From NCBI GenBank assembly GCA_030672305.1, contig DAOVGR010000039.1, forward strand, positions 2,651 to 66,650: 64,000 nucleotides of DNA. Direction: 5' to 3'. The notes under the pieces were generated by a model that worked only from the letters and a program-made list of their open reading frames with translations, ran no database searches and was not told the DNA's origin. This DNA is from Thermoplasmatales archaeon (GTDB lineage: Archaea; Thermoplasmatota; E2; DHVEG-1). Positions 1 through 9,357 of the stretch are shown here, piece by piece (the stretch's first letter is position 1; each line of letters starts with the position of its first letter). The position numbers were made by a program, and so were the translations under genes.

Positions 1-52
1 GAAGATTTTTAAACATCATATTATTTAAAATCCTAAATATCGGAGGTTTGTT

Positions 53-301
53 ATGGTAACAATAAAAGAAGTAAAAAGCACAATATCAATAGCTATTGCA
101 GGTGCTTTTGGATTTATAATCGCTCTGATTTGGAAAGACATAATAATCGGTGCAATGAAACTCTATAATTTATGGCAAGATGGTGGATTTGCTGATGAAT
201 ATGCTTTAATGGTTGGTATCGTTGTAGCAATTATTATAACAATTGTCGCAGTTTTTGGAATTCTTTTCATAACAAAATGGGGCGGAGTAGAGAAAAAATA
301 A
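53..301 (+). CDS. small integral membrane protein, unknown function
   Basis: 82-aa ORF with two long hydrophobic segments (ISIAIAGAFGFIIALIW; LMVGIVVAIIITIVAVFGILFI). No catalytic motif recognised. Confidence 0.4.
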   Translation: MVTIKEVKSTISIAIAGAFGFIIALIWKDIIIGAMKLYNLWQDGGFADEYALMVGIVVAIIITIVAVFGILFITKWGGVEKK

Positions 302-315
302 AAATATTTCCTTTA

Positions 316-387
316 ACAGCCCTGAGCGGATTCGAACCGCTGTCACTGGCTCCAAAGGCCAGAATGTTAACCGCTACACCACAGGGC
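316..387 (-). tRNA. tRNA-Gln (anticodon UUG)
   Basis: The reverse complement AGCCCTGTGGTGTAGCGGTTAACATTCTGGCCTTTGGAGCCAGTGACAGCGGTTCGAATCCGCTCAGGGCTG folds as a cloverleaf. Acceptor is AGCCCTG/CAGGGCT. Anticodon stem CTGGC/GCCAG carries loop CTTTGGA. T arm is AGCGG-TTCGAAT-CCGCT. Discriminator is G and no CCA is encoded. Confidence 0.9.
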
Positions 388-457
388 TATCCTATTTTTT
401 TATTTTGGCAAATACAAATAATACTTATATACTTTTAACACTGATATAAAAATTTCT

Positions 458-2146
458 TTAATTCTTGTTTTGTTGCTGTTTTTGAATTTTTACCCATATA
501 TCCCGAAGAGTTGCTGTTCTGTTTATTATTAGTTTTTCATTTGTAGTATCTGGATCTATACAGAAATAACCAAGACGTTCAAATTGAAATCTATCTAATG
601 GTTTTAATTTTTTCAATTCTGGTTCAATTTTACATGAATTGAGTATTTCAAGTGAGTTAGGATTTAAAAATTCTTTAAAATCTTCACCTTTTTGTCCCGC
701 TGGATCTTTAGCTGTAAATAATCTTTCATAAAGTCGAACTTCAGCATCAATTGCATTATCTGCTGATACCCAATGTATTGTTGCTCTTACCTTTCTTCCA
801 TCTGGTGCATATCCACCTTTTGTTGCAGGATCATATGTACATCGTAACTCTATGATTTTATCATCTTTTTTAATTACTTCTTTGCATTTTATAAAATATG
901 CATATCTAAATCGTACCTCACGACCTGGCGCTAATCGATAAAACTTTTTTGGAGGATCCTCCATAAAATCATCTTGCTCGATATAAAGAACTTTTGAAAA
1001 TGGAATTTTCCGTGTACCAGCATTGGGATCTTCTGGATTGTTAATTGCTACGATTTCTTCTACTTGATCATCAGGATACTTTTCGATAACCACTTTTAAT
1101 GGTCGTAGTATACCCATAAATCGTAAAGCTGTTTTGTTTAAATCTTCCCTAACAAAATGTTCAAGAAAGTCAAAGTCAACCATGCTGTTTACTTTTGCCA
1201 CTCCTATTCTTTTACAGAAATTCCTTATTGAATTTGGAGAGTATCCACGTCTCCGCATACCGGAAATAGTAGGAAGTCTTGGATCATCCCATCTCTTGAC
1301 ATATTTACCTTCTACCAATTCTAATAACATTCTCTTGCTCATTACTGTGAATGTAAGATTTAAACGGGCAAACTCAATTTGTTGTGGATGATATACATTA
1401 AGAGCATCAAGGAACCAATCATAAAGAGGTCTGTGGTTCTCAAATTCTAGTGTACAGATAGAATGCGTTATTCCCTCTATTGAATCTTCAAGGCCATGTG
1501 CCCAGTCATACATTGGATAGATGCACCATTTATCCTTTGTGCGATGATGAGCGGCATGTAATATTCTATACATTACTGGATCACGCATGTTAAGATTTGG
1601 ATGACTCATGTCTATTTTTGCTCGAAGTACCTTCTCACCATCCCCAAATTCACCATCCTTCATTTGCTCAAAAAGAGTTAGATTTTCTTCTACTGTACGA
1701 TTACGATTTGGACTATTTTCTCCTGATTTTGTTATTGTGCCCCTGTACCAAGATATTTCTTCAGCAGATAAATCATCAACATATGCTTTCCCATCTTTTA
1801 CTAACTGTACAGCATATTCGTACATTTGATCAAAATAATCTGAGCCAAAAAGTAGTCGGTCATCCCAATCAAATCCAAGCCATCGAACATCTTCTATTAT
1901 TGATTTGACATATTCTTCTTCCTCTTTTGTAGGATTTGTATCATCGAATCGGAGATTACAAAAACCACCATAATCCTCAGCAATTCCAAAATTTAGACAA
2001 ATAGACTTTGCATGACCAATATGAAGATAACCATTTGGCTCAGGGGGAAATCTTGTATGTACACGACCTTCATACTTATTTGTTTTTAGATCTTCATCAA
2101 TAATCTCACGAATAAAATCTTTAGAAATATCATTTGTTGATTGCAT
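458..2146 (-). CDS. glnS: glutaminyl-tRNA synthetase, bacterial-type
   Basis: 562-aa ORF. It has the class I HIGH region ([22 protein letters not shown]) and VMSKR (KMSKS-type) motif. Blocks [22 protein letters not shown] and ICTLEF are colinear with E. coli GlnRS as I remember it. Confidence 0.93.
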   Translation of the reverse strand: MQSTNDISKDFIREIIDEDLKTNKYEGRVHTRFPPEPNGYLHIGHAKSICLNFGIAEDYGGFCNLRFDDTNPTKEEEEYVKSIIEDVRWLGFDWDDRLLFGSDYFDQMYEYAVQLVKDGKAYVDDLSAEEISWYRGTITKSGENSPNRNRTVEENLTLFEQMKDGEFGDGEKVLRAKIDMSHPNLNMRDPVMYRILHAAHHRTKDKWCIYPMYDWAHGLEDSIEGITHSICTLEFENHRPLYDWFLDALNVYHPQQIEFARLNLTFTVMSKRMLLELVEGKYVKRWDDPRLPTISGMRRRGYSPNSIRNFCKRIGVAKVNSMVDFDFLEHFVREDLNKTALRFMGILRPLKVVIEKYPDDQVEEIVAINNPEDPNAGTRKIPFSKVLYIEQDDFMEDPPKKFYRLAPGREVRFRYAYFIKCKEVIKKDDKIIELRCTYDPATKGGYAPDGRKVRATIHWVSADNAIDAEVRLYERLFTAKDPAGQKGEDFKEFLNPNSLEILNSCKIEPELKKLKPLDRFQFERLGYFCIDPDTTNEKLIINRTATLRDIWVKIQKQQQNKN

Positions 2147-2174
2147 ATTTACTTCACTATCCCACCTTATTATA

Positions 2175-2246
2175 CAGCCCCGACCAGATTCGAACTGGTG
2201 ACTAGAGATCCAGAGTCTCTTATGTTAACCACTACACTACGGGGCT
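2175..2246 (-). tRNA. tRNA-Gln (anticodon CUG)
   Basis: The reverse complement AGCCCCGTAGTGTAGTGGTTAACATAAGAGACTCTGGATCTCTAGTCACCAGTTCGAATCTGGTCGGGGCTG folds as a cloverleaf. Acceptor is AGCCCCG/CGGGGCT. Anticodon stem AGAGA/TCTCT carries loop CTCTGGA. T arm is ACCAG-TTCGAAT-CTGGT. Discriminator is G and no CCA is encoded. Confidence 0.9.
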
Positions 2247-2422
2247 AGCAAATTAAATCTGATGATAAGAATTTTCCTATTTAACCTTTAATGTTATTAA
2301 AAAAGTTTTACAAATATCAATCATTAATATTAATAAATAAATTTGCTGATTATATACTAATTAGGTTAATACTCTCTATAGAAATTGAATTAAAAATATT
2401 CTTTGTTAGTAATAAGATTTGT

Positions 2423-3439
2423 TTATATATGTGCAAAATTTAAAAAATCAAAATAGCGATTTAATAACGCTATTATTAATTTTGGGTTTATTTTTCTAAA
2501 TAAGAAATTAGGTAGAAGAAAGGTCTTACATAGTAAATCCCATCTAATGAATATCTTATTTATCATATGAGCATATTTTTTAGGATTTTTCATTGCTAAG
2601 AATTTTCCAGCAATGTTACCACTAATAAGAGCACGATAGATACCCTGCCCAGAAATTGGATATGTACCCACTCCTGCGTCTCCAATAAATAAAATATTCT
2701 GATATCTGAGTGGTCGCTGTATTCCAATTGGTATTAATCCACCTGTGATATAATTTATTTTCCCTTCAATTTGTTGTTCTTCCTTAAATTTTTCAAGCAT
2801 CTCTTTCAGATTATAATTAAAATTTGTAAAAGATCCAACTCCCAAATTAATCTCATTTTTTAAAGAATTCCGGGGAAATATCCAAAAGTAACCACCAAAA
2901 TCTGAGTATATAACCTTCAATGTATCTGAAATGAAGTAGTTTGAATTTTCTAAAGTATGTTGATAAGTTGTTCCTTTTATACCACGATTTAATCCAAGCT
3001 CTCTTTTAACTAAACTAGGACATCCAGATGCATCAATAATAAAATCTCCATTTAGTTCGTTTATTGTTTTGATTTTATCATTTGTTAAAAAAATTACTCC
3101 TAGTTTTTCTGCTTGTTTTCCTAACTGATATATATATTCTTGTCTGTTTAGAACAAATGTTTTATTAATTTCTCTATGAATTATTCGCTTTCTACCGCCA
3201 ATTATTAGCTCAAATCTTGTTATATTGTTAAAAATACTTTTTCCTTTCGGTATATCGGATATCCATTTACTTTCAACACTATGAGCTTCACCGCATCTTC
3301 TGCCTTCATGATTGTAACCAATCTTTTTATGTTTTTCATGAATTATTACTTCTATTGATTTGTCATTTTTTTTTAATGAAATACCTGCACTTATACCACT
3401 AAGGCTACCACCAATAATATCTACTCTTATTTTAATCAC
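2423..3439 (-). CDS. FAD-dependent oxidoreductase, geranylgeranyl reductase family
   Basis: 338 aa. N-terminal dinucleotide-binding segment (VDIIGGSLSGISAG) and C-terminal GDAGV...P.SGQGIYRALISG block, both typical of GGR-type flavoproteins. Confidence 0.65.
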   Translation of the reverse strand: MIKIRVDIIGGSLSGISAGISLKKNDKSIEVIIHEKHKKIGYNHEGRRCGEAHSVESKWISDIPKGKSIFNNITRFELIIGGRKRIIHREINKTFVLNRQEYIYQLGKQAEKLGVIFLTNDKIKTINELNGDFIIDASGCPSLVKRELGLNRGIKGTTYQHTLENSNYFISDTLKVIYSDFGGYFWIFPRNSLKNEINLGVGSFTNFNYNLKEMLEKFKEEQQIEGKINYITGGLIPIGIQRPLRYQNILFIGDAGVGTYPISGQGIYRALISGNIAGKFLAMKNPKKYAHMINKIFIRWDLLCKTFLLPNFLFRKINPKLIIALLNRYFDFLNFAHI

Positions 3440-3484
3440 CTTAAAACATTGGCATAAATGCCAATTGTCACAAAATAATACATT

Positions 3485-4756
3485 TTAAATAAATAAATAA
3501 AACTTCCTACTAAACTGATATAGTAGTGGGAATTTATTTAAAATTCTGAGTAGAACGGAGCTAGTTGATTTTCTGTTTCTTGGTATGGTGACTTCCAATT
3601 TACTTAAGTCACTTTCCTGATAAAAAATATCTTTGGCTTTTGCTTTTATTATATATGTTCCCTTTTCATTCCATGTATGACTTATTATTTCTTCTTCTCC
3701 TGAGTCGTAAGGCCCTATCCATTCCTCGATTGTTCCATCTCCCCAATCAATCCAGAGATAAACATCATCTAAATCAGGGTCTATTGAAGAGAATGAATAA
3801 TTGTATTCTTGACCTTTTTTACCACTTGTTGGACCGTTTATATTTGGTTTATTTGGTGGAAGGTTTAAACCACCCCATGGATCCATTAAGGGATACCTGT
3901 CTTTATTGTTCCCACCTGGAATATTATATGGTGTATCACCTATACCATCACCATCATTATCTGTTCCGTTATAATCATTCCAGTAATTTCCACCAGAGGG
4001 ATACCCATCATCCCATATATTATTGGGACCTCCACGTTCAAAAGCTTGATTGTCACCATTATTTACAAAGTTGTTATGATGAATTTTATTAAACTCTCCT
4101 CCCCCTTCACACATATCTAAAAGTATACCTTCTTCATCATTTGATATTATATTGTTTGTAACAATTTGGTTATATGCAGACATAATCATGTAAATTCCCC
4201 TGTTGTTATATGATATGTTGTTGTGATTAATTACATTGTGACTGTGATGGTCACTGCTGGTATGTTCAAAATGGATACCGTCATTTGTGTTTGTGGATAT
4301 ATTGTTATAAGAAATAATATTGTTATCGCTATTTTCTTTACCAGGATATTGTGTTCGAAACATTACACCATTACGGTTCTTATTTAAAATATTACACTCT
4401 ATAATACCATTTGTTACATTTATAAACACAATCCCATCATTTTTAATATCGCCATCATGTACATAACAGTTCAAAATATTAAAGTACATACTTGTATTTC
4501 TAATAGTTATGCCATCTTGGGAAGAGGCATGTATCTCCCAGTTTTCAATAATATATGGATCATTATTCGTCCCAGATCCCCCATTTACACCATTTTCACT
4601 TGTGAACTCATCATTTCCATTAATGTAAATTGGTTCATGTGGAATATATGGTGACTGATTAGAAGAAAAATTAACAGCATTAGCATTTAAACTAGGTGAA
4701 AAGACTAGGCTAAATAAGAATATTATAACAATAAATACTAATAATTTCCTAGCCAA
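3485..4756 (-). CDS. secreted right-handed beta-helix (NosD-like) protein with C-terminal PKD-like module
   Basis: N-terminal signal/anchor (MARKLLVFIVIIFLFSLVF). Asn-rich parallel beta-helix repeats (NNISxN...) and a GGNYWNDYNGTDNDGDGIGDTPYNIP...DRYPL NosD-type block. The PKD-like module is GPTSGKKGQEYNYSF..DPDLDDVY..DWGDG..GTYIIKAKAKD. Confidence 0.7.
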   Translation of the reverse strand: MARKLLVFIVIIFLFSLVFSPSLNANAVNFSSNQSPYIPHEPIYINGNDEFTSENGVNGGSGTNNDPYIIENWEIHASSQDGITIRNTSMYFNILNCYVHDGDIKNDGIVFINVTNGIIECNILNKNRNGVMFRTQYPGKENSDNNIISYNNISTNTNDGIHFEHTSSDHHSHNVINHNNISYNNRGIYMIMSAYNQIVTNNIISNDEEGILLDMCEGGGEFNKIHHNNFVNNGDNQAFERGGPNNIWDDGYPSGGNYWNDYNGTDNDGDGIGDTPYNIPGGNNKDRYPLMDPWGGLNLPPNKPNINGPTSGKKGQEYNYSFSSIDPDLDDVYLWIDWGDGTIEEWIGPYDSGEEEIISHTWNEKGTYIIKAKAKDIFYQESDLSKLEVTIPRNRKSTSSVLLRILNKFPLLYQFSRKFYLFI

Positions 4757-6225
4757 TTATACCAGCCCAAGAAACTAATAATTTGTTTTATTAATGGAAA
4801 TCTATCCAGCATTCTTAATAATAACAAATTTTGTTGCATTTTGTTTCTCGGAATTTTTACTTCGAGTTCTCCCCACTCGCTTTCAGCATCAACTTCATCT
4901 TTAATTTGAGCTTTAATAATATATGTTCCCTTTTTATTCCATATATAATGTTCACTTATTACCTCCCCAGATATGTAGGGACCTTTCCATCCGGTTGTAT
5001 CACCATTACCCCAATCCCAACGGATATAAACTTCATCACTATCGGGGTCAATTGGTGTAACATTATATGTATAATACCTTGCTGTTCGTCCCTCAGTAGG
5101 GCCAATAATATCTGGTTTTTCTGGTGGACGATTCCCCACTTTAACTAATTGCGTTTTTGTTTCATTTGAAGAGTGTTCGTCTATTACTTGTAAAGTAACA
5201 GGGTAAACTTCTGTCTCTTCAAATATATGTGTAGTTGTAGGAATTGTGTTTGATTCATCATATACTCCATCATTATCCCAATCCCATTCATATAAAATGA
5301 TATTTTCATCTGGGTCAGTACTAATTGAAGCATCGAAAAGGATGTTTTCCCCAGGATCAGGATATTCAGGTGTCCAGTCGAAATCAGCACTAGGACGATA
5401 GTTCCAAGGTATTGTAAAAAGAGTAACTTCAATATTATCTTGAAATTGACCAACTAAAGTACAATTTCCAGTATCTTCATCACATTCATACAAATAACTT
5501 TCTTGATTTGATGTATAAGCTGCTAAATATAAAATATCGTTCTCCCTGTGAAAATCACCATCCTGAGCATAATTAAGATCTATGCCAAGTGGCCCAACTA
5601 AGTTTGCTGAACCTGTCATCTTATTAATAGTCCAAAGATTGTCACCAAGATCCCAACCATATAATACACCATCTGCATCAAATGCAAGGCTAATCATGGT
5701 TATTATACCACCTCCGAATCTACCAATGTACTCTTGTTCACCTGTTTCTCTATCAATTTTGTAGAGATCATCATCTGTACAACCATAGATTTCTTCTTTA
5801 ATAGGATCAAATGCTAAACCATTGAGCCCAATTCCTCCACCGCCAATAATTTTCCAATCACAAGTTAATGGATTTATCTCGTATAGCTGGCCAGTACTAT
5901 GTTCACTTGTATAAATTACACCATCATTTGTACTAGTACCACCGCTACCTGAACCAGGATACTCAGGACAAATACATGTTGGGTCTTCTGGAAAATTTAA
6001 TTGAATTGTATAAAGCCAACAATCTAATAAAAAGCCACCTTGTATATATGCAGTATTTTCGACTGATAATAATCCCTTATTACTAATAATATGATTTATC
6101 ATTAGATAGTTTTCATTTTCATTAATATTATTTGTTTTTCCAACCGTTGGATAAATACTTACCAAAAATAAAATTAAAAAAATTCCAAACACTATTGCTT
6201 TTTTCATTATTCTATTACCTCGCAT
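4738..6225 (-). CDS. secreted repeat protein with canonical PKD domain plus C-terminal PKD-like module
   Basis: Signal peptide (MKKAIVFGIFLILFLVSIYP; the more likely start is the ATG at 6207). Repeated LY.ID..TG....G motifs suggest a propeller-like fold. The PKD domain is FDASISTDPDENIILYEWDWDNDGVYDE. The C-terminal module is paralogous to the 3485..4756 protein. Confidence 0.65.
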   Translation of the reverse strand: MRGNRIMKKAIVFGIFLILFLVSIYPTVGKTNNINENENYLMINHIISNKGLLSVENTAYIQGGFLLDCWLYTIQLNFPEDPTCICPEYPGSGSGGTSTNDGVIYTSEHSTGQLYEINPLTCDWKIIGGGGIGLNGLAFDPIKEEIYGCTDDDLYKIDRETGEQEYIGRFGGGIITMISLAFDADGVLYGWDLGDNLWTINKMTGSANLVGPLGIDLNYAQDGDFHRENDILYLAAYTSNQESYLYECDEDTGNCTLVGQFQDNIEVTLFTIPWNYRPSADFDWTPEYPDPGENILFDASISTDPDENIILYEWDWDNDGVYDESNTIPTTTHIFEETEVYPVTLQVIDEHSSNETKTQLVKVGNRPPEKPDIIGPTEGRTARYYTYNVTPIDPDSDEVYIRWDWGNGDTTGWKGPYISGEVISEHYIWNKKGTYIIKAQIKDEVDAESEWGELEVKIPRNKMQQNLLLLRMLDRFPLIKQIISFLGWYNWLGNY

Positions 6226-6466
6226 TTTTTTCCTCCCTAAATGATATTAATATAGATATTCTTATCATTCTATTTAAATTTAGGGGTATGGATTTGAGAT
6301 TGGTGATACTTACAAAGCCATACATTGTCATTTTTTAATATAATCTCTATCATTTTTTAAAAGTTACCCGCGTTACCTAATTCTATATAATTTGTTACAT
6401 TTATTGAAATACTACAAAAAAATTAAGTACTCCAGATTAGTTCCATCTTTAGAGGTGATTTGTTAA

Positions 6467-6670
6467 ATGGGAATCTATAAAATAATTGATATAGTGGGTA
6501 CATCAGATAAGAGCTTTGCAGATGCTGCTAGAAATGCTGTAATTGGAGCATCAAAAACTGTTAGAAAAATACGTCGAGCTGAGGTTACAAAACTTGATGT
6601 AAAGGTAGAAAATGATAAACCTGTATTATTTAGGGCTGAAATGAAAATTTCCTTTGAAATTGAGAGATAA
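6467..6670 (+). CDS. dodecin-family flavin-binding protein
   Basis: 67 aa, MGIYKIIDIVGTSDKSFADAARNAV...FRAEMKISFEIE. Size and sequence pattern match dodecins. Confidence 0.7.
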   Translation: MGIYKIIDIVGTSDKSFADAARNAVIGASKTVRKIRRAEVTKLDVKVENDKPVLFRAEMKISFEIER

Positions 6671-6678
6671 ATTTTGTT

Positions 6679-7926
6679 TTAAATTATTGGAATAGTCAGA
6701 CTTCCAAAAGGCATAACCACAACTTTTGGTTCATTTCCTTTAGATTTAATTATCTTTACTGCTTCATCTACTGCAGTTTGGATATCTGAATATGGTTTCA
6801 ACATAGCTTTTTTTACTATGTCATCATCTAAATCAGTAACTGCCCACATATCAGCTCTGATACCGATCTGAGCCATTTTAGCTGCTTTATGATATCCAAG
6901 TTTATATTCTTCATCAAGTATTTCAAATATTTTTTTTGGTGAATCTGCTTTGGAAAGTAATTTTAAAAAACCATCCTCTCCAATACCAGTTCGACATTTA
7001 GAAACAAGGATAATAACACCATCATCTTCTAAGGCTAATTTACCATTATCTAGTGCTTTTTGAGATTGATAAAGATCGATATCCATAGGATAAGGAGCAG
7101 CAGATATTACAATGTTACCTTTCTGTTTTAATGGAACACAAAAAATTTGATTAGAATATTTAATGGCTGCATCAAACGATTTATGTAAATCACCAGCTGT
7201 TACAGCAAAAAGTTTATGATCACCCGTTAAGACAGTCTGAATGGAAAAAATATTTAGGTCCTTTAAAACATCCATTGCATCTACCATATCCTCATTAACC
7301 GGATTGCCGTCAAGAGAAAGAGAACATGCATCATCACTTAATGCAAGCTTATGGTTCATCTCAATGGTTTTATATGATGCAACGCCTGGCAAAAATGATT
7401 TCCTACCACCAGTATAACCTGCAAAATAATGTGGTTCAACACTTCCAATAACAAGGATGTTTCTATACTCTGAAACTAGTTTGTTGATATACATCTCAGT
7501 TCCATTTTTTGACTTACCAAGATATGTCATATCTTCATCTTTACGAGCATCATGAGCATAAACCTTTCTTCTAAAAACTTTGTAAGTATCTCCAAATATA
7601 AACCTATATTCTTCTTCTGAAGGAGCCCGATGAACACCTGTTGCTATTAGAAACTTAACATCGGGATGAGATGATAGTACTGGTAAAAGATATTTTAAAA
7701 CTTTTGAGGTTGGAGTAGGCCTAGTTGCATCATTTATTATTACAAGTAATCTATCTGTATCTTCAGCAAATTCATCATAGGATTCAAAACCTATTGGATT
7801 TTCTAATGCTTCTTCTATCAACTTATTTTGATTTTCAATTGTAACTTTTTTTGGAACTAGAATTTCACAATTATCAGGAACATTGACTTTGATATTTTCT
7901 TTTCCATATGGTATATCAACTTCCAT
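6679..7926 (-). CDS. LarA-like nickel-pincer-dependent 2-hydroxyacid racemase/epimerase family protein
   Basis: 415 aa. Blocks NDATRPTP, ATGVHR and EPHYFAGYTGGRKS resemble the lactate racemase N-terminal domain family. Confidence 0.7.
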   Translation of the reverse strand: MEVDIPYGKENIKVNVPDNCEILVPKKVTIENQNKLIEEALENPIGFESYDEFAEDTDRLLVIINDATRPTPTSKVLKYLLPVLSSHPDVKFLIATGVHRAPSEEEYRFIFGDTYKVFRRKVYAHDARKDEDMTYLGKSKNGTEMYINKLVSEYRNILVIGSVEPHYFAGYTGGRKSFLPGVASYKTIEMNHKLALSDDACSLSLDGNPVNEDMVDAMDVLKDLNIFSIQTVLTGDHKLFAVTAGDLHKSFDAAIKYSNQIFCVPLKQKGNIVISAAPYPMDIDLYQSQKALDNGKLALEDDGVIILVSKCRTGIGEDGFLKLLSKADSPKKIFEILDEEYKLGYHKAAKMAQIGIRADMWAVTDLDDDIVKKAMLKPYSDIQTAVDEAVKIIKSKGNEPKVVVMPFGSLTIPII

Positions 7927-8095
7927 TATTCTCCCTCAAATTTATATCCTGAATATAACAACCAGCTAATATATTTTAATGAATTTAAAGAAGCCCTAGA
8001 GCGAATATACAGAAATAAGCAGAGAATTATTTTTCTCAAATAGTATTAAAATGCAAAATTTCTGAATAATGAATTAGTAAATTTTAATATCTTTG

Positions 8096-9169
8096 CTATT
8101 TTGGATTAAAGCTATAAGATATTAGCTCGGCATTGATGTTACTTACGAAAGGAAGAACCTCTTCGAAATTTCCTGTTATTTTTATTTTGTTACCAACTTC
8201 TGGAGAATAATAAATATTTCCTAAACTGCTCCCCATCAATGATATATTGTACGCTTCAAATGGTTCTTCTCTTGCAGGGACTTTTACATAATCTTTGCCA
8301 AAACAGCAAAGTATCGTTGGAACTGCTGGAATTTCAAATACGTTATCAATATCCACATACTCATTTAAGACGTATTTAATGTCAATTATTGGAAGAATAT
8401 CATTAAGGATATCTGAAATTTCTTTTAACATATCAGGATCTGTACCAAGAATTGTTGCTAGAATTGGTATCACACCTGGGATTCTAAAAAATTTGTTTAT
8501 AGTATTAGCAAGTCTAAGCCATGAAGATTCGATAGTACCGCTCAATGAAAAATTAGTAGCAGGAAGTCCCCAGCATTTACTGGTATTTAATGGAAATTCA
8601 ATAAGTGGATATGGATTACCAAGACCTATATCTAAGATAATTGTTGCAGGAATTGGTATATTTGGCATAAATGACAAATCATAATAAGGTTGCTCAACAA
8701 TCTTTATTGTCAACCTACCAGATATTATAATATGAACTTGTTTTATTGCTAAATCGGTTTTGTTATAAGTAATAGTTCCTTCAATTGTTGTACTTTTTAA
8801 TTCTCCTGTTATATTAATTGGGCCATCACCAAAATCAGTATAAAGCTCATAGAAACCACTTATGTCTGCCTCAAAATTTAATTCATAGAACTCCTCAGTA
8901 ACTTTATTAACTTCAAGTTCAAGAGTATCTATATTACCATCTACAAAAATTGATAAATCTGTTTGCTCAAAATCAATGACAATTTTATCCACTCTATACG
9001 CCCACTTGTCGCCAACCTCCCAAACAGGTACATCACCTTCATCAAATGATATAGTATCAATTTCATTATATTCATATTTAATAGATGAATTCTTAACATT
9101 ATGAGCAGTTGTCAGAATAGCAGTCATCAGCATTAAACAAATAAAAATACCAATTATTTTTCGATTCAT
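8096..9169 (-). CDS. secreted hypothetical protein
   Basis: 357 aa with an N-terminal signal-like segment (MNRKIIGIFICLMLMTAILTTAHN). No recognisable domain. Confidence 0.45.
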   Translation of the reverse strand: MNRKIIGIFICLMLMTAILTTAHNVKNSSIKYEYNEIDTISFDEGDVPVWEVGDKWAYRVDKIVIDFEQTDLSIFVDGNIDTLELEVNKVTEEFYELNFEADISGFYELYTDFGDGPINITGELKSTTIEGTITYNKTDLAIKQVHIIISGRLTIKIVEQPYYDLSFMPNIPIPATIILDIGLGNPYPLIEFPLNTSKCWGLPATNFSLSGTIESSWLRLANTINKFFRIPGVIPILATILGTDPDMLKEISDILNDILPIIDIKYVLNEYVDIDNVFEIPAVPTILCCFGKDYVKVPAREEPFEAYNISLMGSSLGNIYYSPEVGNKIKITGNFEEVLPFVSNINAELISYSFNPK

Positions 9170-9357
9170 TTCTATTTTTTCCTCCCAACTACATATTAAT
9201 TATAAAGATTCTAATAAAATATTTTAATATAAATGTAACTATATCAATTGATTATACTGATTTTAATTCAAAAAAAGAAAAAATAGATGGATTTGGGTAT
9301 ATATTACTAGGCTCCCTTAATAATTTATTTATATGATTCTTGTTATTCTTCGGAAGG

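Noticed and set aside
2262-2362. Possible C/D-box sRNA in the spacer after tRNA-Gln(CUG): CTGATGA at about 2268 and a CTGA at about 2347.
   Set aside because: The boxes are about 80 nt apart with no convincing internal C'/D' boxes or terminal stem, and such short motifs occur by chance in AT-rich DNA.
6132-6338. 68-aa plus-strand ORF at the 5' end of the PKD protein gene.
   Set aside because: It overlaps the signal-peptide region of the minus-strand gene in antisense and extends into a promoter-like AT-rich spacer; the translation is low-complexity.
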